From: Candidatus Methanosuratincola sp.
GTDB lineage: Archaea; Thermoproteota; Methanomethylicia; Methanomethylicales; Methanomethylicaceae
Direction: 5' to 3'
DNA length: 38,082 nt
Assembly (NCBI GenBank): GCA_029907755.1
Contig: JARYLH010000002.1
Location: 1 to 38,082 of the forward strand
Within the stretch, counting starts at the first letter, position 1. Each line of letters begins with the position of its first letter. A program made the translations under genes and the position numbers. Shown here in pieces: positions 28,496 to 36,132 of the stretch. Under the pieces are notes generated by a model. It was not told where the DNA came from, did not search any database, and saw only the letters and a list, made by a program, of their open reading frames with translations.

Positions 28496-29083
28496 ATGCC
28501 CTCGTCAATAGGAACCCTTTCATTCTCTGAACTGGCGAGCAAGATCAAGGCACTTTCTGTGGCATCTCCGGAGGAGGCTGAAGCGCAGTTCCCTGGATCC
28601 CCCAATTTTGCAAAGTACATAGCACAGCTATTCCTTGAAGACCGGCTTTTTGACATTCTGCCGAGGCTGGAAACTCAGCTCCAGATCGTGCGGCGGTTCT
28701 TCCCTCCAGTAAGGCCCGCTCTCGATCCCTACACATCCACCCAAATAGGGATCTTTTCCAAGCGATTCGATGACTACGAGATAGGTCGTTTTCTTGGTTA
28801 TCCTGAGTGCTGCATGCGGTCCTTCGCAGAGAATGTCAGGTACGGCATAGACGAGGGGCACGTCCAGGAACTAAAGGGATCCGGCATGAAAGCTTTTGCG
28901 ACGACCGCCGGCTTCATACCTTGCAGCATATTCTGTAGGGAAGCCCAGAACAGGGGGCTCCTGTCGTTCATTGAGCCCAATGAGATCGGGAATTTACGTG
29001 CTCTGGAAAAGGAAACCGCGATGCGGCTCCCACACTTCCACCCCGAGTACCGGGAGCATTACTTCGAGGTCAGGCTGCTCTGA
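28496..29083 (+). CDS. Uncharacterised Cys-motif protein (GYPECC ... CSIFC), possible metal-binding MCR-associated factor
   Basis: 195-aa ORF whose ATG is 49 nt after the mcrA stop. Cys105/Cys106 lie in FLGYPECCMRSF and Cys143/Cys147 in IPCSIFC. It vaguely recalls an archaeal DUF family with a GYPxCC motif (unverified). Confidence 0.5.
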   Translation: MPSSIGTLSFSELASKIKALSVASPEEAEAQFPGSPNFAKYIAQLFLEDRLFDILPRLETQLQIVRRFFPPVRPALDPYTSTQIGIFSKRFDDYEIGRFLGYPECCMRSFAENVRYGIDEGHVQELKGSGMKAFATTAGFIPCSIFCREAQNRGLLSFIEPNEIGNLRALEKETAMRLPHFHPEYREHYFEVRLL

Positions 29084-29847
29084 TCCACCGGTTTGATCTC
29101 GGAGGCTATCCTCGCGACCTCGTTCAGGGAATCCACGAAGTAATCGACCTCCGAGCACAGGCTCTCCTTCTGGAACTCGCCCCTCCGCCTGACGAGTACC
29201 GCGATGTCCGCCTCGCGCATCGCGATCAGGTCGTTTATATCGTTGCCTACCATCACAACAGATCCGTAGAAACCGCGGAGTCTCCTCACGAGCTCCCTCT
29301 TCTCCTCCGGGGATGCATCGAAGATCGCTGCGTGCCTCGATATGTTCAGGAGATCTGCGCACTTCATAGTCATCTCCTTGCAGTTCCCGGTGGCAAGGTA
29401 AACATCGACGCCACTCTCCTGCATGGACCTGACGGACTCCTTGACCTCGGGGTAGAGTTTCCCTCCGAGCCCCACAACGTCCGTTATATCGCCCGCCTGG
29501 CTGAAGACAACTGCAACGCATGCCCCAAGTTCGGAGGAGCAGTGGGTCAGGGCCTTCTGGTATGTCTCGCGTATCCCTTCCAAAACCACAGGATCAAGCA
29601 GCTTTGACTTGTCCATGGGGGGGTATCTTTTCAAAGCACAGCAGCTCACTTTGAACCTGGCCTTGGCGACGTTCCCTTTCATTATGTCTTGGATCTTGCC
29701 CTTCAGATTTACGAGAACTCCTCCCTTCTCGACCACGTACTTCAGCGTACTTATGTGGTAGAGCCACTTCCTCTCCTCGATGTTGTACACTACCCTGCAC
29801 GGATCTATTATGGTGCCTGACTTGTCCAGAACGACCGCTTTTCTCAA
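29059..29847 (-). CDS. Soluble P-type-ATPase-like HAD-superfamily phosphatase
   Basis: N-terminal LDKSGT (compare the DKTGT phosphorylation motif) and C-terminal MVGNDINDLIAMREADIAV (compare the GDGxNDxPAL hinge). No TM segments; 262 aa. TTG is the only possible start, with GGTGA SD, 9 nt after the upstream stop. Confidence 0.6.
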   Translation of the reverse strand: MRKAVVLDKSGTIIDPCRVVYNIEERKWLYHISTLKYVVEKGGVLVNLKGKIQDIMKGNVAKARFKVSCCALKRYPPMDKSKLLDPVVLEGIRETYQKALTHCSSELGACVAVVFSQAGDITDVVGLGGKLYPEVKESVRSMQESGVDVYLATGNCKEMTMKCADLLNISRHAAIFDASPEEKRELVRRLRGFYGSVVMVGNDINDLIAMREADIAVLVRRRGEFQKESLCSEVDYFVDSLNEVARIASEIKPVDQSSLTSK

Positions 29848-29856
29848 CTGCGGGTA

Positions 29857-30150
29857 TCACCCTGCGCCGCTGCAGCTTCCGCTGGTGTCTATCGTCATGT
29901 CCCCGCCCTTCAGCTGTTCCTCGCTGATCTTCACTTCCTCTTCCTTCACCTTTTCCTTTCCAGCCACCGGTCTTTGTTCCTCTGAAACCAACTCCTGCTC
30001 AACCGGCTCCAGAACGTTTTCGTCATATAGAAGGCCTGTCGCGTCCAATTCCGCCCAAGTCTTGCCGTCCATCTCAACGATTTTGGTGATGTGCCCCTTC
30101 GTCCCCGTCTTCTCGTAGACTACGGCTTCCCCTTCCTTGAACCTCAACAC
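29857..30150 (-). CDS. Small conserved archaeal protein (SH3/Tudor-like N-terminus, charged Lys/Glu tail)
   Basis: 97-aa ORF with a GTG start. FKEGEAVVYEKTGTKGHITKIVEMDGKTWAELDATGLLYDENVLEP resembles small methanogen DUF proteins (unverified). Confidence 0.45.
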   Translation of the reverse strand: MLRFKEGEAVVYEKTGTKGHITKIVEMDGKTWAELDATGLLYDENVLEPVEQELVSEEQRPVAGKEKVKEEEVKISEEQLKGGDMTIDTSGSCSGAG

Positions 30151-30215
30151 CCTTCCCCCACAAAACTTTATTATATATTGATCTCTCCTCTTTCCTATTA
30201 ACCTGAGGGATCGGA

Positions 30216-31145
30216 TTGGAGAGCCTCTCGAACATCATCGATGTCGCGAAGAATTTCAAGGGACTGAAGAGAAAGATCGAGATAGGCGAGATCACAGCGA
30301 TTCTGGGGGAGCACGAATACGACGACGCTGGCTTCATAGATCTCGGGGATGTTAGCATCGTCGTGTCAACGGACGGGATAACCGAAGATTTGGTGAAGTC
30401 CGATCCGTGGTTTGCCGGGTACTACTCCGTACTTGTCAACGTTAATGACGTGGTCGTGAAGGGGGCCAGGCCTATGGGCTATGTGAACGTGATGTCCGGG
30501 AGCAAGGAAAGCAGGCGGAAGATGGCCCAGGGCATAAAGGCAGGACTGGACAAGTACGGTCTAAAGCTCTTGAAGGGACACACGCACCCGGACTCCTCTT
30601 ATGAGGCGATCGACGCAGCTGTCGTCGGCATTGCAAGGCGCGTGGCAAAGGGGAATGCTGCCCGCCCAGGGGACAACATCGTGATGGCGATCGACCTAGA
30701 GGGCTCCTTCGGAGTCAAGGGGTGGGTGAAGTGCTTCGACAGCACGCTCAAAAAGGGCAGCAAGGAGCTCGGGATGATGATTGAGTCAATAATCACAGCC
30801 GTCGAGTCAGGCCTGGTAAAGGCATCGAGGGACATCAGCGCCCCCGGCATTCTCGGCAGCCTTGCCATGCTGTGCGAAGCCAGCGCGGTCGGGGCTGAAG
30901 TCGATGCCGGGAAGATACCCAGGCCCGAAGGGACCACGATATCAGAGTGGTTCGTATCCTATCCTGCGATGGGATTCATATTTGCATCCGATGACGATTC
31001 GCTGGTTTCGAAACTCTGCGACGCCGGTTTCCACGCGAGCGTTGTGGGGAAATTCAATGCCACAAAAAAGATATGCGTAAGGCTCGGCAGCGACCGCAAA
31101 ATTTTCATGGATCTCTCAAGGGAGTCGGTTTTTGGAATTCATTAG
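30216..31145 (+). CDS. PurM/ThiL/HypE-superfamily ATP-binding protein, methanogenesis marker protein 2-like
   Basis: PurM-like N domain (DDAGFIDLGDVSIVVSTDGI ... NVNDVVVKGARPMG) and C domain (SRDISAPGILGSLAMLCEASAVGAEVD). 309 aa with a TTG start and GAGGGA SD. It neighbours atwA. Confidence 0.6.
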   Translation: MESLSNIIDVAKNFKGLKRKIEIGEITAILGEHEYDDAGFIDLGDVSIVVSTDGITEDLVKSDPWFAGYYSVLVNVNDVVVKGARPMGYVNVMSGSKESRRKMAQGIKAGLDKYGLKLLKGHTHPDSSYEAIDAAVVGIARRVAKGNAARPGDNIVMAIDLEGSFGVKGWVKCFDSTLKKGSKELGMMIESIITAVESGLVKASRDISAPGILGSLAMLCEASAVGAEVDAGKIPRPEGTTISEWFVSYPAMGFIFASDDDSLVSKLCDAGFHASVVGKFNATKKICVRLGSDRKIFMDLSRESVFGIH

Positions 31146-32741
31146 CTCGTTTTTCTCCTCCGGCGTCAGCTCTTTTGCAACGTCTGATGGCTTGCCCCTG
31201 CTGACTATTTTCCCGTTTCTCATCAGTATCGTGTCTTCGCACGTGTTTTCAACAAACCCCATGTCATGAGATATTATTACGAACGTCTGACCAAGCTCGT
31301 TCCTAGCATTCTTTATCGACTTTGCCACATCCTGCTGGGTTATTGGATCCATAGTGCCTGAGGGCTCATCCAAGAGCACTATAATCGGCTCCTTTATCAG
31401 CACCTGCGCAAGGGCGACCCTATGACTCTCCCCTTCGCTCAGCTCGTCCGGATACTTGGAGAGCGTTCTCTCAATCGTGGATTCATCGAAGCCCGCAGCT
31501 GTGAGCACGCTCTGTGCCTTGAACTTGGCGAATTCGTCAGGGAGCTCAAGACCTATGGCATCGGTGAGGTTCTCCTGAACCGTCCTGTGGGGATAGAGCG
31601 CGTACTCTTGGTGCAGGAGCCCGATGAATGGCGTGGCCCTGCCCCTGCCCATCGGTCCAGGCTCCAGCATGTTGACCCACTCCTCACCGATCTTGAGCTC
31701 GATTATGCCCGATGTGGGCTGCGTCACGCCGACTATCGCCCTGGAGAGCGTGGTCTTGCCTGCGCCGCTCAGCCCAATTATCCCGAAGATCTGCCTTTCC
31801 CTGACCTCGAAGGTGACCCCGTCCAGCGCCTTGACAACCCCCTTGTCTATCGAGAAGTAGTACTTCTTCAGATCCTTCACCCTCAGGATGACGTCCCCGA
31901 GCTCTGGCGGCTTCGGTATCTCCTCGGGGGCGAGCCTTGAAAGGAACTTGGCAGTGACCTCCTTGGGGTTTCCAGCCGCACTGATCTTACCCCCTTCGAG
32001 CAGCACCGCCTTTTCGCAGAGCTCCTCTATGGCTTCAGGGAGGTGCGAAGTGATCAGAAGCGTGCTTTTGCCCGGCCCCGTTTCCCTCTTTATGATCTTG
32101 TGGATCATCCCCGCATTCAGGGGGTCTAGGGTCCCAGTGGGCTCGTCAGCCAGCAGGAGCAGCGGCTTTATCGCCAGCTGCCTGCCGAGGACTACCCTCT
32201 GCTTCTCACCGCCGCTCAGGTCCCTTGCTGCATGAAGTAGCCTGTTTGCCAGGCCAATGTCCTTGGCAATTTCAAGCGCCTTCTTGCTGGCATCCTCGGA
32301 GGATACTTTGTTGAGCGCTTCTACGAGATTCTCATAGACCGTAAGGCTGCCATAAAGCGCGAAGGTCCTCTGAAACATTATGGCTATCCGCTGCCTGAGC
32401 CATTTGGTCTTCGGATCCTCGCCGTAAATGTCTACCTCCGCCTTCTCCATCTCTTTTTGGCAGTGCGGGCAGCAGTTGGGGCACTTCTTTCTTGCCCAGC
32501 TCGGTCCTTCAACCGTCTGGCAGTGTTCGCATACGGCCACGTGGAAAACTATCTGTCCCGACTCTGGCTTGTACTCCCTTATCCCCTTCAGCATCGAGAG
32601 CAGCACCGTCTTCCCGGAACCGCTCTTGCCTATGATGCCTACCCTCTCTCCCTCTTCTATAGTTAGCGTTACACCGTCCAGGACTTTGTTGCCGTTGAAC
32701 GACTTTGAAACATTCCTGATCTCTATGAAAGGAACGCCCAT
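31116..32741 (-). CDS. atwA: Methyl-coenzyme M reductase system component A2 (tandem ABC ATPase)
   Basis: It has two nucleotide-binding domains (NBDs). Their motifs are GKSGSGKT/LSGGEKQR/LLLADEP and GLSGAGKTT/LSEGESHR/VLLDEP. A Cys-rich insert (CEHC...CPNCCPHC) follows the first Walker A. 541 aa. Confidence 0.85.
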   Translation of the reverse strand: MGVPFIEIRNVSKSFNGNKVLDGVTLTIEEGERVGIIGKSGSGKTVLLSMLKGIREYKPESGQIVFHVAVCEHCQTVEGPSWARKKCPNCCPHCQKEMEKAEVDIYGEDPKTKWLRQRIAIMFQRTFALYGSLTVYENLVEALNKVSSEDASKKALEIAKDIGLANRLLHAARDLSGGEKQRVVLGRQLAIKPLLLLADEPTGTLDPLNAGMIHKIIKRETGPGKSTLLITSHLPEAIEELCEKAVLLEGGKISAAGNPKEVTAKFLSRLAPEEIPKPPELGDVILRVKDLKKYYFSIDKGVVKALDGVTFEVRERQIFGIIGLSGAGKTTLSRAIVGVTQPTSGIIELKIGEEWVNMLEPGPMGRGRATPFIGLLHQEYALYPHRTVQENLTDAIGLELPDEFAKFKAQSVLTAAGFDESTIERTLSKYPDELSEGESHRVALAQVLIKEPIIVLLDEPSGTMDPITQQDVAKSIKNARNELGQTFVIISHDMGFVENTCEDTILMRNGKIVSRGKPSDVAKELTPEEKNELMNSKNRLP

Positions 32742-32879
32742 TGTGCCTTACACCCTAAAGACAACCTATTTTGAAAACCGATGTATTTAACTTTGTAGTT
32801 ATGACGCAGTAATGCTTCAAGGACCGATTTTTTCTTTTAGCTGACCTTACGAGTTGGTCGTTGCACTCAAACTCTCGAA

Positions 32880-33530
32880 TCAAAGGCATTTGCAATCCCT
32901 GATCCTTTCGAGGACTTTAATCGCATCCTCCCTCTTCAGGTCCACTCGAGTTTTTTTCATCAGTTCGAGTATCTCCCCTGCCCTCGTGCTGCTGAGACCT
33001 CCACGAACTGCCCTCTGGAGTATTCTAGTGTAGTTCCTCAGCTGGAAGGGGACTTCCTTCGCAGCAACTAGGATGGAGTCGTGCTCTTGTTGGGTTATCA
33101 TCCCCGAAGCCAGAGCCCTCTCAAGCGTTGCCCTGACGTTCACGAGGGGCTCTGAGAGCGGTCTGAGGCTTTCGGGATGGAATGCAAGGGCGACCTCGTC
33201 GTCAGATCTTATCTTGCCTGACTTGTACCATTCATAAATCGTGCCGATGCCAACCATGCCGTAGACATCCAGCTCGGATGCCCTCAGCGCGCCCATGCTA
33301 GAGCCGCCGAAGACCTTTGACCCCCCCTCAATCGCTCTGAGTATTTCCCGGTGAGAGACTGCTGCCTGCTGGTAAAAAACCCCGTCGATCAGGGCTATAA
33401 CCTTCGCCCCCGATTCAGCGACCCTGATGATGTCCCCCCTGGCCGCCGGCGGCAGGTATTCCGCGTCGCTCAGCAACTTCCGGGCAATATCCCATTCCAG
33501 GCTAGGCCCGAGGAATACAACTGCCCTCAT
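32880..33530 (-). CDS. tfuA: TfuA-like protein (partner of YcaO in McrA thioglycine formation)
   Basis: MRAVVFLGPSL...YLPPAARGDI...ALIDGVFYQQAAVSHREIL...GGSSMGALRASEL are TfuA hallmarks. ATG 33530 has a GGAGGGG SD; the track start is GTG 33539. Confidence 0.85.
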   Translation of the reverse strand: MRAVVFLGPSLEWDIARKLLSDAEYLPPAARGDIIRVAESGAKVIALIDGVFYQQAAVSHREILRAIEGGSKVFGGSSMGALRASELDVYGMVGIGTIYEWYKSGKIRSDDEVALAFHPESLRPLSEPLVNVRATLERALASGMITQQEHDSILVAAKEVPFQLRNYTRILQRAVRGGLSSTRAGEILELMKKTRVDLKREDAIKVLERIRDCKCL

Positions 33531-33566
33531 CTTATGCACCGCCGCCCCTCCTGAGCTTTCCCTGCT

Positions 33567-34769
33567 TTAATGCCCCTTGTCCGAATAAGTGGACAGCCTT
33601 CTCCCGGCTCTCTCCTTGTCTAGCGCATAGACCTCAAGCCCGGGGACTATCACGCGGACTGCAGGTACCCCTATCTCCCCTCGAGTGAGGTCGACTACTA
33701 TCACCTCTCGGAGTCCAGCCCTCCCCAGCCCCTCGATGGTGTACCTTATGTCCTCGAGAAAATCCTTTCCAGAAAATGACCTCAACTCGTCAAGGCTGAC
33801 CCTCTCTGGGCATGGGGCGAACCACTTCCTGTTTATCCTCTTCATCCTTTCGTAACCTATCCTCCTGGCGAATTCAGCCTTCACAGTGTCCTCCCTGGTC
33901 CCATGGATGGTAGTCAGCCTGCTCTGAACGGCCTCGGTCAAAGCCCTGACAGCTGCTATCTCAGCCATGAGATGCGTTCCCACGCCGAGCGAGAGGAGCG
34001 CAGGATCCTTCGTCAGCTCGTCGTCAATGGCCACTGCTACTGTTGGAATCCCCACATCCGAGGTGATTTCCTTTGCATATACCCCAATACCTGCCTTCTC
34101 GAGCTTTTCCAGTACCGCCCTGACCATCGGACTGCCGCAACCCGACAGATCGAGGTCCCTTCCCTGCAGCCTCCCTGCCTCGAAGAGGGACCATGCATCC
34201 CTCTCGATCACCTCCATGAGCCCGTGCACAATCGCCTCCTCGAGCGCATTCCCTACAGCGAGACCATTGGTGTTGGTTCGGAAGAGCTGGTTGTGCCTGC
34301 TGTACGGATGGAAAACAGCCTCTGCCGGGACGAGAATTGTCGCGTCCCGCGTCAGCGAGTGCCCTTCGACCCATTCTATCTCCTCGGAAGACTGGTACCT
34401 GCGGGGCAATATCAGCAGATTCGGATCCAACACCTCCCTGTCCCTGCTGATTTCCTTGTATGATCCCCTCACAAGCCTAAGACCCCTGGGCTCCGCAGAG
34501 AACCTCTCGATGCCCTCCATTATTGCCGATACTTCTGCCTCCTCTTGGGAGTAGCCCTTTCCTGTGTAGACCGTGACCGCCCCCTGCGATGCCATCGGTC
34601 TTATTGATGTGAAGATGGGTATGCCGATGCGGTCTAGCCCTGTTATTTCCGCAACCCTGGTGATTCCTGCCTTTTCCTTGACCCTGCTGACCAGCTCCAG
34701 CGTCTTAGCCGGGGGGATCTCCCTATGCATCCCCGCTGTGTATCCCTTGGGGACCGATCTCAGGTTCAT
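33567..34769 (-). CDS. ycaO: YcaO-type ATP-dependent thioamidation enzyme (methanogenesis marker 1)
   Basis: 400 aa with a YcaO-like core (GITRVAEITGLDRIGIPIFTSIRP ... GKGYSQEEAEVSAIMEGIERFS ... NTNGLAVGN). It sits directly upstream of tfuA. Confidence 0.85.
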   Translation of the reverse strand: MNLRSVPKGYTAGMHREIPPAKTLELVSRVKEKAGITRVAEITGLDRIGIPIFTSIRPMASQGAVTVYTGKGYSQEEAEVSAIMEGIERFSAEPRGLRLVRGSYKEISRDREVLDPNLLILPRRYQSSEEIEWVEGHSLTRDATILVPAEAVFHPYSRHNQLFRTNTNGLAVGNALEEAIVHGLMEVIERDAWSLFEAGRLQGRDLDLSGCGSPMVRAVLEKLEKAGIGVYAKEITSDVGIPTVAVAIDDELTKDPALLSLGVGTHLMAEIAAVRALTEAVQSRLTTIHGTREDTVKAEFARRIGYERMKRINRKWFAPCPERVSLDELRSFSGKDFLEDIRYTIEGLGRAGLREVIVVDLTRGEIGVPAVRVIVPGLEVYALDKERAGRRLSTYSDKGH

Positions 34770-34794
34770 GTGCGGCGCATCCCTTCATGCGAAC

Positions 34795-36036
34795 TTATTT
34801 TCTGGTCTCCTCTAGCTCCTTCATCCCGGATACCATCACAGCTGCGCCGACGCACCCGATCAGGTTGGGCTTTTGGGGGACTATCATCTCTACGCTGAGT
34901 ATCTCCGAGAGTGCCTTGACCAGCCCCTTGACAAGCGCAGTCGATCCGACTTGGATTATCGGGTACCTTATGTCTATCTCCTGGAGCTGCTGCTCGAAGA
35001 CCTGCTCGGCTACGCTGTGGCAGGCGGCTGCGGCCGCATCCTCTGGCTTTGCCCCGCCTGCGAGCCCAGCAACGAGATCCTGCAGCCCGAAGACGATGCA
35101 GTAAGCATTCATGGGCACCGCCTTCCAGTCCCCTTTCATCGCGAGATCCCCGAACTGCTCTATCGGGACGCCGAGCCTCTTGGCAGTGGTTTCAAGGAAC
35201 CTGCCGGAGGCGCCCGCACAGACGCCGCCGACAGTGAAGCTGTCGGGTATGCTGTCGTAGAGCGTTACTGCTTTGTTGTCCATGCCGCCGATGTCTATTA
35301 CGGTGGCGTCACCCCTCTGCTTGTCGGTCAGGAACAGCGCCCCCTTTGAGCAAGTAGAGACTTCCTCCATTGCCAGCTGTGCCTTGTACTTCTCCTTCAG
35401 GATCGTCCTGCCGTAGCCTGTCACCCCGATCCCCTCAAGCTTGGACTCGTCAATGCCAGCCTCCTTGAGCGCCTGGTTCAGCGCCGTCATGCCCGAGTCC
35501 AGCACACTGGTGGTGGGTACCCAACCGTGGCCTATGATCTCATTATCCTTCATAACAACTGCCTTCGTTGTTGTTGAGCCCGAGTCTATCCCAGCGGTTA
35601 TGCCTTCCTGCTTCATCCTTGCGAAGAGTGGCTTCTTGTCTATGATATTCACCAGCGCTTCCATGCGCAGCAGGAGCGCCCCTGCTTTCGTCCTCTCTGT
35701 GAATGAATAGGTCACTACTGGGATCTTAGTCTGGCTCTGGATGTACCTCCTGACGACACTCCTCACGAGTGCGCCCTCAGCGCACCTGAAGCAGGTCGCA
35801 ATGAACACCCCATCCGCATCGACCCTGCCTTCCACTATGGCTTTCGCCCTAGCCATCATCACCCTAAGTCCCGGGCTAGCCACATGGAAGCCGAGCTCGT
35901 CCTCAATCGTCCTGATCTCCGATACATCGACCTCAGGCACGAATATCTGCCCGCCTACGATCTTTGCCGCCTTCTCGATCTCAGCCTGAATCCCGCTGTA
36001 CTCAGAGCCGCATGATATTTGCGCTATCCTGACCAT
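34795..36036 (-). CDS. Methanogenesis marker protein 15-like, BadF/BadG/BcrA/BcrD-type ATPase
   Basis: N-terminal [37 protein letters not shown] module, then an ASKHA/BcrAD fold ([14 protein letters not shown] ... DIGGMDNKA ... [10 protein letters not shown]). 413 aa. Confidence 0.7.
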   Translation of the reverse strand: MVRIAQISCGSEYSGIQAEIEKAAKIVGGQIFVPEVDVSEIRTIEDELGFHVASPGLRVMMARAKAIVEGRVDADGVFIATCFRCAEGALVRSVVRRYIQSQTKIPVVTYSFTERTKAGALLLRMEALVNIIDKKPLFARMKQEGITAGIDSGSTTTKAVVMKDNEIIGHGWVPTTSVLDSGMTALNQALKEAGIDESKLEGIGVTGYGRTILKEKYKAQLAMEEVSTCSKGALFLTDKQRGDATVIDIGGMDNKAVTLYDSIPDSFTVGGVCAGASGRFLETTAKRLGVPIEQFGDLAMKGDWKAVPMNAYCIVFGLQDLVAGLAGGAKPEDAAAAACHSVAEQVFEQQLQEIDIRYPIIQVGSTALVKGLVKALSEILSVEMIVPQKPNLIGCVGAAVMVSGMKELEETRK

Positions 36037-36132
36037 CTGCCCTCACCAGCCTCTGCGAACATCCTTTGATATTCCGTCTTCCTCGCTCAAAATAATCCTT
36101 TCTGCTGTGGCGGGCTGGAGCAACCGAATCAA

